Assembly (NCBI GenBank): GCA_964016885.1 | Contig: OZ024740.1 | Span: 399,714,001-399,778,000 of the forward strand | Direction of reading: 5' to 3' | DNA: 64,000 nucleotides | Origin: Eledone cirrhosa | Taxonomy: Eukaryota | Shown here: piece after piece, positions 39,183-53,293 of the stretch | How the letters are laid out: each line of letters opens with the position of its first letter | Position numbering within the stretch: position 1 is the first letter of the stretch | Notes under the pieces: model-generated | Seen by the model: the letters and a program-made list of their open reading frames with translations, nothing else | What the model was told of the DNA's origin: nothing | Databases searched by the model: none | Translations under genes and position numbers: made by a program

Positions 39183-40429
39183 TAACATTATTTTAGAAAT
39201 TAATTTAATTTAAATGTTAGTTAACCTATAAATTTAATTTAATTAAAATTTTATTACAGATGAGAATATAAAATATTATGTAATCATAAATTGTGAAAAA
39301 CCTTTAAATATTACTAATATATACTTAGTAATTTAATTTATAGATTAATTTTAATTTATTTAAACCTTTTATTATAATTCTTTTACATATAAAATATAAC
39401 AAAATAATATCGTGTATCCAATGACAGAGAAATAATTTTTAGTATTATAGACCTAATTAATATACATTTTAGAAATATATTTATAATTTGGTTTTAATTT
39501 TAATCAACCTAAAAATTTAATTTTAATTTGCTTAAAATTAGTATCCTTATACAGACGAATTGCAGAATGTCATGTAATCATAGAATGGGATGTGTTTTGG
39601 ATATATACCTAGTTAATATATTCTATGCAATTTTTTGAAAAAAATATGTATATGTATATGTGTATGTGTATGTGTGTGTGTATGTATATGTGTATATATG
39701 TATATATATATATATGTGTATATATATGTATATATGTATGTGTATGTATATGTATATGTATATGTATTAATTTTGATTTCTATTTGCATATAATTATATT
39801 TTGCTATTGATAAAATACAATATCTGTTTTATGTATTATATACCTAATTAACATATACTATAGAAATAAATATATAATTTTTAATTTAGTTAACCTATAA
39901 TTTATATTCTACTACCGATGTAATACTTTATTTTATTTGTTTTTTCCCTATTACTAAATTCATTTCCTAATATTGATACCATAACGTTATTAACTTTAAT
40001 TTAGTTATACTATAATTAATACTCTACTACTATTTAACTTCAAAATTCTGCTTCAAATATTATAAACCTAACTAATTTACACCTTAGAAATCAATATGTT
40101 AACTATCTTTGGTTTAGTTAACATATAATTAATGGTATACTTGTTTATTTTGAGATGCATAGATTTTGCCTTAGTTCTTGTTTATTGTATTTCCTAACAC
40201 TGAAACTATGTAAAAACATACATTGGATCAAGATACGGAAAATATTCTATGTTTCTTGAAACATATATTTACTATGATCCCCTTCTCCAAACCCCCCCTT
40301 TCCCCCATACTATTATCATCTGTATTTGTAAGCGTGTATGTATGAATATATATGTAGGTAGGTGTCTATATAGGTTTGGGTATTTATATCTGAATATAAA
40401 AATACATATATGCGCATGCAAATATGAAT

Positions 40430-40583
40430 GTAAGATTGTGTGTGTATATATGAGTGTGTGTGTGTATGTATATATGTGTATATATGCATGTATATATGTA
40501 TGTGTATGTGAATGTGTGTATGTGTATGTGTATGTATGTATATGTATGTATATATATATATGTATGTATATATGTATATATAG

Positions 40584-40617
<34 letters not shown>

Positions 40618-40833
40618 GTATATGTGTGTGTATGTATGTGTGTGTATGTGTGTTGTATATATATGTATGTCTCTCTATTTATATGTCTATCTTCGTATCT
40701 ATGTGGATATATGTGTGTGTGTGTGCATGTATGCACATATATGTGTTTATGTGTATATGTGTGTATGTGTGTATATATGTGTGTGTGCACACACATATAT
40801 ATGTGAGTGTGTATATGTGTCTGTGTATATGTA

Positions 40834-40870
<37 letters not shown>

Positions 40871-40955
40871 GTGTCTATGTGTGAATATATGTCTATATTC
40901 GTATGTGTGTATATATGTATGTATATGTTTATGTGTATATATATATATATATATG

Positions 40956-40994
<39 letters not shown>

Positions 40995-41236
40995 TATTAT
41001 TATAATATAACTTATGTGTATGTGTGTATATGTGAGGTTGTGTATGTGTATATAATATGTGTATATATAAGTGTAAAAAAATATATATATATGTGCATGT
41101 CTGTTTTTTATGTGTGTGTATATATATATATATATATATACGTGTGTATATATATGTATATGTGGGTGTTTGTAGGTGTATTTATGGTGGTATGTGTGTG
41201 TGGGTATCTATATATATATATATGAATGTATGTGTG

Positions 41237-41271
<35 letters not shown>

Positions 41272-41638
41272 GTATATGTATGTATATATATATCTCTATT
41301 AATGCGTGTATATATGTATATACATATGCCTTTTTATTTTTATTTGTATGTCTGAGTTAGGTGAGGTTGTAGTGGTGTTTTTATGTATATACGCATATAT
41401 GGATGCGTATGTATTTGTATATATGAGTATAAGTAAGTGCATATGTATGTATGATTATATATCTAATTCTATGTATGAATATACATGTATATATATGTGT
41501 GTATGTAAGTTGTGTATGTATGTATGTATATGTCTATGTGTGTATATATATATATGTATGTATATCGATGTACGTGTATGTATGTACATGTATGTCTATG
41601 TATGTGTGTATGTATGTGTGTGTATATATATATATATG

Positions 41639-41705
<67 letters not shown>

Positions 41706-41944
41706 GTATATATCTTTATTATTTATTATTTTTTTTATATATATGTGTGTGTGTGTATGTGTTGTGTGTGTGTGTGTGTGTATATATATCTTTATATATG
41801 TGTATGTGTATGTTCGTGTAGGTGTATGTGTGTGTATGACTTTATATGTATGTGTGTATGTGTGTATGCGTATATATTTCTATGTGTGTGTACATGTATG
41901 TATGTGTGTGTATGTGTATGTGTGTGTATGTGTATATGTATGTG

Positions 41945-42023
<79 letters not shown>

Positions 42024-42339
42024 CTATATGTTTTTCTATTTGTATATGTATGTGTGTATAGGTATATACCTTTCTCTTTGTATGTCTAAGTTGTGTGATA
42101 GTGTAGTGGTGTTTGTATGTATATACCGATATATAGATGCGTAAGTATTTGTCTGTATGTATATATGTAAGTCTGTATATATTTGTGTGTATATATAGCT
42201 ATGTATGTGTATATCTGTATATATATTAGTACGTAAGTGTTGTATATGTGCATGTATGTGTGTGGTTATATATATGTGTGTCTATATAGTATGTGTGATT
42301 ATATGTATATGTGTGTGTATATGTACGTGTATATACATA

Positions 42340-42390
<51 letters not shown>

Positions 42391-42585
42391 ATTTGTATGT
42401 ATATGTGTATATGTATGTATGTGTGTATATGTATATGTTTATATATGTGTGTGTATGTATGTTCTTAGTGTGGATGTGTGTATATGTATATATGTGTTTG
42501 TATATGTGTATGTGTGTGTGTGTGTCTATGTGTATATATATGTATATTATATATATATGTGTGTGTATATATATATATATATATG

Positions 42586-42622
<37 letters not shown>
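40430..42622 (+). repeat. cryptic (TA/TG/TATG) microsatellite mosaic in the PLE 3' UTR
   Basis: Mirrored at ~32390-34570 with the same interruptions. Confidence 0.9.
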
Positions 42623-42625
<3 letters not shown>

Positions 42626-43275
42626 CTTGATATATTTCTTTTTTCTTTTTTCTTTTTTCTTTTTTCTTTCTATTCTTTCCTCTTTAATGTTTATTTATTA
42701 TTTATTTTTTATTTTTTATTTTCTTAGTTTATAGATACATCTATATTAGGCAGTCTGCTCAGACCGTTGAATACTGACCTCTCCCCCCCCCCTCCCACCT
42801 AATTTCTGTATCTTGATCTAAAAATGTGTGTGCCAGTGTTTATGTGAGTGAATTAATATCCATGTGCTTATGATTTTATATCCACATATATAAATGTGAG
42901 TGGGGGTGTGTGTGTGTCTGTATGTTCGTGGTTATGTGTATATTTATGCATATACGCGCGTGTATGTGTGATTGTACGGATATGTGTGAGTATGAAAAAA
43001 TATATTTATATACTTATTTTCATATTTGTGTGTCAATACGCATCTTATCTGTACATTATAAACTTACAGAGACATTAACCTTGAAATTTTGTATTTGCAT
43101 CCATCCTTTTAGTATGCGTATACAAATTATACATACATTTTTGTAAAATATGTGTAAGGGTTTTACATGTATATACACACACCGAACTGCATTTAACCCT
43201 TTGTGTTTTCATTGGTCAATTTTGTTCCCAAACGGACCTGAATTTTTGAATTGTTGTTATTATCAATAAATATAC

Positions 43276-43429
43276 TTCATTATTTCTGAAGACGGCGTAT
43301 ATATGTGTTGGTATGTATATTTAATCTTGATAGTTTGTATAATTTTGTATAATTTTGTACATAGATCTGTTGAATATGCATGCCAATTCTAACACATATA
43401 TATCCTAGAAACGATCGTTAAATAATGAA
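43276..43429 (+). ncRNA. type I hammerhead with 115-nt stem II region
   Basis: TTCATTATTT-CTGAAGA-[115 nt]-GAAAC-GATC-GTT-AAATAATGAA; mirror copy at 31584-31737 (-). Confidence 0.78.
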
Positions 43430-43716
43430 CTTTTTTTGTTTAATATAAGGAATTGTTTATTCATTATTTGTTTAATATTTTATCTTGACTCTGTATACCG
43501 TTTATCTTTCACCGAAAGTGATTTTTCATTACATCTCTTCTTTCCATGATATCCGGAATACATTGAGTTCTTCATACGGATTGGACACTACCGTAAACTC
43601 TTGGTAGATTTATCTACATATATATATATATATATATAATATATATATATATATAAATGAAAGGTATAGAAAGTATTGTAGCAAGAAGCCAACAGTAATC
43701 CATATATATATACATA

Positions 43717-43813
<97 letters not shown>

Positions 43814-43867
43814 ATATATATATGATTATATATATATATATATATGATATATATATATATATATGAT

Positions 43868-44015
43868 ACTAATTAGTTGGAAGTGATTTATATATATATA
43901 TATATGAAACTAATTAGTTGGAAGTGATTTTTATATATATATATATATGAAACTAATTAGTTGGAAGTGATTTATATATATATATATATGAAACTAATTA
44001 GTTGGAAGTGATTTT
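43868..44015 (+). repeat. 4 copies of (GAA)ACTAATTAGTTGGAAGTGATTT separated by (TA)n
   Basis: Starts at 43868, 43909, 43952 and 43993 (period 41-43). Confidence 0.9.
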
Positions 44016-44263
44016 TTAGTAAGTAAGTTAATTTTACAATTTTCTTATTTTACGTCTCTCATATTATTGTTCTGCAACCCCATGCATTGAACCACAATGT
44101 TAATAAGACAAAACCTATATATTTGCTAGCATTGATATGCATCTGTGTGTATATAAATGTTACTAGATATAAATTCCTTATATATATATCCGTTTATATA
44201 TATATATATATATATATATGATATATATATATATGATATATATATATGATATATATATATATA

Positions 44264-44315
<52 letters not shown>

Positions 44316-44539
44316 GGAAAAATGAAACGAAATTTCATTTCTCACTCTTAGTACGGCTGTTACTTAAATATAAATATGTATATGTACATACATATATGTA
44401 TAGAGACGTACAGTAGTATGTATAGATATATACATACATGCACACATATATATATGTACGTATGGATTCACCGAACATTTATTATAATGCTCGGTGTGTT
44501 TCTAAACAAACAGCCCGAATTATTAGCCGTACAGTGTTC

Positions 44540-44720
44540 CGCAGTATCGGTAGAGGGTCGGACGCCATGATTTGAAGCATAGAGTTACCTCCCTTTATGA
44601 TCTGAGCTCAAATCCCGCCGAGGTTAACTTTGACTTTCATCCTTACAGGGTCGATAAAATAAAGTACCAGTAATACACTGGAATAATTGCTGGCCTTGTG
44701 CCAAATGTAGAAACAATTAT
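44540..44720 (+). mobile_element. main-family SINE
   Basis: Family motifs. Confidence 0.85.
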
Positions 44721-44751
44721 ATATATATATATATTATATAAATGTATATAT

Positions 44752-44849
<98 letters not shown>

Positions 44850-45025
44850 ATATATATAAATGATATATATATATATATATGATATATATATATATATATG
44901 ATATATATATATATATATATGATATATATATATATATATGATATATATATATATATATATGATATATATATATATATATGATATATATATATATATATGA
45001 TATATATATATATGATATATATATA

Positions 45026-45066
<41 letters not shown>

Positions 45067-45209
45067 TAGGCTTGGCAACTTGTTGGTATAAGACGTGAAT
45101 TGTTGTATCTGTAGATTTGAAATTTTAATATTTTAAATCGACAGAAATCGGATTTATGTATGGCTTTAATTTTTCAGAGGACAAGGAAAACATACAAAAA
45201 AGATAAGTT

Positions 45210-45802
45210 TTTGTGCTCCCAGTTGTGGTCACCCCATAGTGTCAAACTAACCACGGAGCTTGAAGGCAATCCAGCGAAGCTACATCAAGAGGATTGCCAA
45301 GATGAGGGAGACAAGCTACTGGGAGAGGCTAAAGCAACTGAACCTCTACTCCTTTGAGCGAAGACAGGAGTGATACGCAGTGATCTACTTATGGAAAATC
45401 CTGGAGGGACTAGCACCAAACTTTGGCATTGGGAGCTGGACCAACCGCCGAACAGGACGTCACTGTGTGGTGCCAAAGGTCCCGTCTTCCACATCTAGAA
45501 TAAGGAGCAGGTATTGCAATAGCCTGGGATTCAAGGGCCCTCAACTCTTCAACAGGCTGCCGAGGCATCTGAGAGACTTGCATGACGTGGAGGTGGATGT
45601 CTTTAAGAAACATCTCGACGCCTTGTTATCCAGGATCCCAGATGAGCCCACAGCAAGACACGAGGGAAACCTAAGGGCAACAGCAACAAACTCCCTCTTA
45701 CACCAGTGGCCAACCTATATAGGCTGGAGATAAAATGTGTGGCAACAAGGGCGGTGCCCCAGCATTGGCCTCAGCCGGATGGCTGAAACAGGTAAAAAAA
45801 AA
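45210..45802 (+). pseudogene. CR1-like LINE 3' remnant
   Basis: CSQLWSP, IQR, YWERLKQLNLYS, IYLWKILEGLAPN, GPQLFNRLP, FKKHLDALL..IPDEP; short A tail. Confidence 0.75.
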
Positions 45803-46067
45803 GAGAGACAATATGATATATATATATATGATATAGATATATAATATATATATATGATATATATATATGATATATATATTTATATATATATGATATATAT
45901 ATATATATGATATATATATTTATATATATATGATATATATATATATATATATATGATATATATATATATATATGATATATATATATAATATATATATATG
46001 ATATATATATATATATGATATATATATTTATATATATATATATATATATGATATATATATATATATA

Positions 46068-46134
<67 letters not shown>

Positions 46135-46196
46135 TATCATATATATATATATATATCATATATATTTATATATCATATATATGATATATACATATA

Positions 46197-46269
<73 letters not shown>

Positions 46270-46342
46270 TATCATATATATATATCATATATATATATAT
46301 GATATATATGATATATACATATATGATATATATATATATATA

Positions 46343-46410
<68 letters not shown>

Positions 46411-46422
46411 AATATATATATA

Positions 46423-46533
<111 letters not shown>

Positions 46534-46583
46534 ATATAAATATATATATATATGATATATATATATATAAATATATATATATA

Positions 46584-48450
46584 TTATGTCGGACAGACGG
46601 GACGTCGCCTGGCGGACCGATTCACGGAGCACCTCCGGGATATTCGTCTCGGGGGCAGTTCCCCCATCGCCCGCCGCTTTGGTGGCCCTGGACATTCCGC
46701 ACGCCATCTCACAGTCTGTGGCCTACTCCAGTGCCACGGAACACCCGCCAATCGCCTTACGGTCGAACAACGAACTATCTTCATCTTACAGACCCACACT
46801 CCCTCCGGCCTGAACTCCCCACCCTTATTCCTTTAGCCTTCGACCGCCCCCCTCCCCCCACACTTATCCCCCACTAACACCACTAACACACCCCTACTTT
46901 TCACCGCCCACCCCACAACTAACAATACTAACACCTCCACTCCACCCCTCATCTGACCACCCTTCCCCAACTAACATACTCACATCCTTCCCCTCTTCTC
47001 CTCCTCCCCCTCCTTATCACACGCACACACCCACCGGCACATATATACACGCGCCCACACTAAACACACACCCTACTACCACCACTAACCCTCACCCCCA
47101 CACCTCATCCCCACACCTCCATCCCACCACCCCGCAACTAACCTCACTAACACCCCCTAACCCCAAGCACACGAACACACGCACCCACTTACACCACCCA
47201 CCCCACACGCAACTAACATCACTAACACCCCCAACCCCACGCACACGTACCCACACACCCTCGTACACCACCAACTCTACACACCCTACCACCACTAACC
47301 CCCACTCACACCTGCATTCAACCCCTCCCCACCTCCCGTATACTAACACCCACTAACACCTCTTCATCAAACTACACGCACACCAGTACACCACACTCCC
47401 TCCATAGAACCACACACACCCTTCTCTCCCCGCTCAACCCACACCCTCGCTCCACACTCACTCATCCCGCTAACACCTCTACTAATACACACACACACAC
47501 CCTCCTCACTCCAACTTTCACACCTACCCATCCTCGCCCCTTTACCATTCCACCGACTGCTGCTATGCCCTCTGACCACCTCCCAGCACAAACAGACACA
47601 CAGCACTCCCACTGCTTGACCACTTCCTGTTGCGCGCGCACCCCACATCTCTCCTCTTCCGACCATCGCTTCATGGAATACCCACACGCAGAAATTGACC
47701 AACAACGAATCCACTAAACATCTTCGGAATTTACCTACTTTTCAACCATCCTCTTACGTAATCACCTATATAACTCACCCACACACACACCCCAAAAAAA
47801 TTTTTTCTTCACACGCCACCTACACCCACAACACGCTTAAACCCCCCACACACGTGCTTTCCACCACATATTTACACCTTCAGCCTCCTGATTCCTCTCC
47901 CCCCACCCCTCTATCCACACACGCACAGACACTCCGACCCCCCACACACACCTCTTCCTGAACATGCAACCCCGTTCTTCCCCCAACCCTTACTTTCACA
48001 TGCACACACACACACACACGCACACCTACACACACACACCACCTTCAGCCCTCCCCGCTCGGACACCCCGTCTCCCTCTCCCCACTCCACCCGCCACCAC
48101 CCCTACACACCCCACACCCTTCCATCACCTGTTTTACCCCCCTTTTAATTTCAGTTTATTTTGATCATGCCTTTATATTTTAATTTATCTCATTCCTTGT
48201 ATTTTGATCATGCTTTATTTTTATTTTTATCTTTATTTTTTATTTTTTCATTCGCACCGTTTCCTTTCGCTATATGTCTCTCCACCACTCCCCTACACAC
48301 CCTTTGAACTCTGTTCCCTCACACTTCTCACCTGAGGAAGGGCTTATGCCCGAAACGTCGTCCCCCACCAACACCCCACTCTCCAGAGCGTGAAATTAAT
48401 AAACATTCGTTGTACTGCCTCTGTTTTGTCCCTGTTCAAATTTTTCCATT
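46584..48450 (+). mobile_element. 5'-truncated Neptune/Penelope-type PLE: GIY-YIG end (46584-46836), C/A-rich 3' UTR, HHR motif
   Basis: [33 protein letters not shown]; CTGAGGA-A-GGGC-TTAT-GCCC-GAAAC-GTC at 48332-48359 (weak stem I); TA flanks. Confidence 0.8.
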
Positions 48451-48638
48451 ATATATATATATATATATGATATATATATATGATATATATATATATATAT
48501 GATATATATATATATGATATATGATATATATATATATGATATATATATATATATATATATGATATATATATATATGATATATGATATATATATATGATAT
48601 ATATATATATATGATATATATATATATATATATATATA

Positions 48639-51595
48639 GTATTAGTTATACTATTTATGGTTATGTAAACACAAAACCTTAAGCAGTTGTAAGTATTTTA
48701 CACACACCCTAAATAGTGGTAGGCAGTAATGTATTACTACCTTATTACCAGTAAGTTAAGTAGCTCAATGTAAAAACATCAGATGATTTACAGAGCAGTT
48801 ATATGAAATATATGAATCAAAGAACTGTTCAAAACATTATTGTGCTTACAGCTGTTTCCTCCAAACCGAGGTTTGGATTCTTCGGAGCAATTTATTAATG
48901 CATGGACAGTTATATGACCTCCTTTTCAGCCGAGAGACATACCAACACATATTCAAACATTGATACATATTCAAACATTGTGGGTCAACCTTCATTACAG
49001 AATTTAGAGTGGCAGTACACACTTCGAGATTACATTTATATCAATAGGTACAATCAAAAAAATCAAAGATATAGGTTAAAGTACAACATGAAGATAAGTG
49101 GTTATATAGTGCAAATGTTATATGTGTGGCACGCATGTGCGTCTTGTTTATATAGTGTGGCAGAGAGATATGTGTGGTAGAGGCACTTAGGTAGGTAAAT
49201 AAGAGTGTTAGGTTGGTAGATCTGGTGGCAAAGTCTTTATATGATTGATATAGTCTGTGTGTGGAGAAATATTATAAGCATTAAAGATAGTGCAAGCATT
49301 AAAAGTGTTATAAGTATTGGAGATGCACAGCGCAGGGATGTCAAGTAATTCATGTACTTCGGTATTTTCATGGTCAAGGGAGTGTATATTTCGATTATAT
49401 GCCTTTCACATAATCCACGACAATCCAGTTAGAGATCGTAGTCTGGTGCTCTTTAGTTCGATACAGGTGGTTGTTACGTTTCGAGAGACGCCATTGAATA
49501 CCGGAAGTGTGTGTGTGGCTAAGGGGAGTTAATGCATGCGGGGAGGTAACTCTGGGGTTTCTATATCTAGCCATTAAAATGTGTCTCAATATAGACCCTA
49601 AATTCTATGGTGAGGTGCACCTTCCAAGAGAGACTTTTAAAGCATAAAGTGTACTAACTATAGAGTAGTTTAACTAAATTATGCTGAAGGTGATCATATT
49701 ATTATTAGGGTGGATTAACCCATCTTAAGGTGCTACAAATGGAAATTATAGATGATGAGCGAGGATTCTAAATTAATGATCTCTATGGTTGTAGTCTGCT
49801 CATATGACCAGGCGCGGTGATTGCAGGATTGCTTCAGGACCCAATGATCTCTGGTAAGATCCGGGTCATCGCTTGCTACATTGGATGTCGAAAGATAATC
49901 ATCCCCAGGCAGGCCAAAGGTCAAGTCGCAGTCCTCGCGACCCCTCTCTGACCGTCAGGTCATCCATATACGTACAACCCGCACGGCAGTTGCATTGCAT
50001 TCACTCACTGCGCTCAGCGGCCTGGTCCTACTGGTCAACAGCGCTACTCGATTAAATCATTTTACATCTGTCTAAGGAAGGTGTTTCCTCTGCCCAACAC
50101 CATCCAACCGATCAATTGATGCTCAAATTACCCTTAGAGCGGCGTAGTGCCGTCCAGGTGGGTGGATGTTGTCACACCTGCCGTAGAGGTATAAATGGGT
50201 ATTTTCCCTGCGAAGGGTTCCAGAGGGATGTCGTTGTTTGTGTTATAATGGATCAGCTAGTGTTGGGTATGTAGTATAGGGTGTGTCTCTGGTGTTTGAT
50301 GCTAGATGTGGTGTTAGGTTCCAGTCCGACATTGCTATATATGGGGCTTAAAGTTTTGGAAGGAATGTCTGAGGCGGTGCTGGCAAGTTGCAAACACCTC
50401 AGATTTTTTGTTAAGTAGGTTACGGTTGGAGAAGATAATATTGTGTGTCTCTAGTATACAGAGGTTACAGAATTTATTAGGTGGTTTGTACGAGGTCGCG
50501 CTGCCTATCACTTCCCATTTGAGTGTGTATGGTTTATTTTTAGATTTTAGATAGTGAATGTAGCTAGAAAGTGAGGTGGAGTTGGCTAGGCTGTGCTTTT
50601 TGAACGAGTGGACTACAACCATAGAGATCATTAATTTAGAATCCTCGCTCATCATCTATAATTTCCATTTGTAGCACCTTAAGATGGGTTAATCCACCCT
50701 AATAATAATATGATCACCTTCAGCATAATTTAGTTAAACTACTCTATAGTTAGTACACTTTATGCTTTAAAAGTCTCTCTTGGAAGGTGCACCTCACCAT
50801 AGAATTTAGGGTCTATATTGAGACACATTTTAATGGCTAGATATAGAAACCCCAGAGTTACCTCCCCGCATGCATTAACTCCCCTTAGCCACACACACAC
50901 TTCCGGTATTCAATGGCGTCTCTCGAAACGTAACAACCACCTGTATCGAACTAAAGAGCACCAGACTACGATCTCTAACTGGATTGTCGTGGATTATGTG
51001 AAAGGCATATAATCGAAATATACACTCCCTTGACCATGAAAATACCGAAGTACATGAATTACTTGACATCCCTGCGCTGTGCATCTCCAATACTTATAAC
51101 ACTTTTAATGCTTGCACTATCTTTAATGCTTATAATATTTCTCCACACACAGACTATATCAATCATATAAAGACTTTGCCACCAGATCTACCAACCTAAC
51201 ACTCTTATTTACCTACCTAAGTGCCTCTACCACACATATCTCTCTGCCACACTATATAAACAAGACGCACATGCGTGCCACACATATAACATTTGCACTA
51301 TATAACCACTTATCTTCATGTTGTACTTTAACCTATATCTTTGATTTTTTTGATTGTACCTATTGATATAAATGTAATCTCGAAGTGTGTACTGCCACTC
51401 TAAATTCTGTAATGAAGGTTGACCCACAATGTTTGAATATGTATCAATGTTTGAATATGTGTTGGTATGTCTCTCGGCTGAAAAGGAGGTCATATAACTG
51501 TCCATGCATTAATAAATTGCTCCGAAGAATCCAAACCTCGGTTTGGAGGAAACAACTGTAAGCACAATAATGTTTTGAACAGTTCTTTGATTCAT

Positions 51596-51607
<12 letters not shown>
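48639..51607 (-). mobile_element. PLE insertion with 997-bp inverted arms, 814 bp spacer and 161 bp tail
   Basis: 48800-49796 is inverted to 50611-51607; GIY-YIG C-terminus HSFKKH..LKWEVI..CNLC..CQH at 50610-50335 (-); TA flanks. Confidence 0.9.
48843..48889 (-). ncRNA. hammerhead variant (CCGAAGA core)
   Basis: TGCT-CCGAAGA-A-TCCAAACC-TC-GGTTTGGA-G-GAAAC-AGCT-GTA-AGCA; mirror copy at 51518-51564. Confidence 0.6.
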
Positions 51608-51626
<19 letters not shown>

Positions 51627-51742
51627 GATATATATATATATGATATATATATATGATATATATATGATATATATATGATATATATATATGATATATATAT
51701 ATATATGATATATATATGATATATATATATGATATATATATA

Positions 51743-51842
<100 letters not shown>

Positions 51843-51968
51843 ATATGATATATATATATATGATATATATATATATGATATATATATATATGATATATAT
51901 ATGATATATATATATATGATATATATATGATATATATATATATGATATATATATGATATATATATATA

Positions 51969-52017
<49 letters not shown>

Positions 52018-52020
52018 ATA

Positions 52021-52065
<45 letters not shown>

Positions 52066-52068
<3 letters not shown>

Positions 52069-52426
52069 AAAAAAAGATGAAATCTAAAATGCAACTGGAG
52101 TCTTATTCAAAAAAATATATATATATTTATTTGGTTCCTTGACCGGTTTCGCAGTTCTTCTGCTTTTCAAAAGTAGAGTTGAGATGGAGGGTCTGTGGTT
52201 TTTCTCACATCTGTGAGATGTCAGATAAACCACAGACCCTCCATCTCAACTCTACTTTTGAAAAGCAGAAGAACTGCGAAACCGGTAAAGGAACCAAATA
52301 AATATATATATATATTTTAAAATAAGACTCCAGTTGCATTTTAGATTTCATCTTTTTTTCTTAAAACTTTTACTCGTCTAAGACACCTCGGTTAGTTTTC
52401 ATCTTGTAAAAAACCCTCACTCTCTA
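52066..52426 (+). mobile_element. 147-bp hairpin arms plus ~64 bp tail, PLE-like
   Basis: Arms 52066-52212 and 52216-52362; decayed HHR TTGAAAA-GCAG-AAGAA-CTGC-GAAAC-CG-GTA; TA flanks. Confidence 0.8.
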
Positions 52427-52532
<106 letters not shown>

Positions 52533-53103
52533 TAAAATTTATTATTATTACTATATATATATATACAAATACAGCTAAGCTAACGAATGCAATCGGAATG
52601 TGCAGCTAAGAACTCAATAAGGTATTTTACCTTAGAGTAATAACATTACGTTTAGACAGCTTTGCAAATTGAATATTGCAACCGGTAAGCCAGTTGCAGG
52701 GACCAAAGCAACAAAGAAACTGACTCAGGATAATTTGACAAACCTCTATTTAATCATGCGCTGAAAGAGGAAGTTTTTACTTTACTCTGAGTTTCTTACT
52801 GCATGTATTTGGTAATTGCTATTATAGAAGCCTTGAAGTCGATGGAGGAAAAACAAAATAGATAATAACATTGTTTTAAAAAATATATATTTGCAGGGGC
52901 AATGTGATCCGAAAGATATATTTCCTGCTGGTGGTCACAAGTTAAACTATGTATTGGGAACGACATTTTCAATCTCATCCCCAAATGATATACACCAATA
53001 TGGCTCAATAGAAAATCAAATTTTAAATTCTGCCGTAAGGATATTTTTTATTACATTAAATATTTATTACATCATGTATTATTTATTACATACAGTAGAG
53101 AAG

Positions 53104-53293
53104 GGCGGTGAATTGGCAGTATCGGTAGAGGGTCGGACGCCATGCTTTGACGCATAGAGTTACGGCCCTTGTCATTCTGAGTTCAAATCCCGCCGAGGTT
53201 AACTTTACCTTTCATCCTTACGGGGTCGATGAAATAAAGTACCAGTAATGCACTGGATAATTGCTGACCTTGTGCTAAAAGTAGAAACAATTA
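53104..53293 (+). mobile_element. main-family SINE
   Basis: Full-length copy; TATTTATTACAT on both sides. Confidence 0.88.

Larger units (their letters stand above)
31530..43617. mobile_element. 12-kb palindromic PLE insertion (two ~5.96 kb arms, 20 bp spacer, 134 bp unpaired tail)
   Basis: 31530-37488 is the reverse complement of 37509-43483 with roughly 8 substitutions seen plus microsatellite length changes; tail 43484-43617; TA tracts on both sides. Confidence 0.95.

Noticed and set aside
31530-43483. A-to-I editing signature between palindrome arms
   Set aside because: Differences seen are mixed (one clear A/G, several C/T, two A/T); no A-to-G bias
31530-43483. Palindrome as a sequencing fold-back artefact
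   Set aside because: Asymmetric tail, breakpoint shared with an independent copy, templated junction and arm differences favour a real insertion; read-level proof is still needed
43868-44015. CRISPR-like repeat-spacer array
   Set aside because: Spacers are (TA)n rather than unique, there are no cas genes, and the context is eukaryotic
47092-48164. Val/Gly/Trp- or Pro/Thr/His-rich ORFs
   Set aside because: Low-complexity C/A-rich PLE 3' UTR
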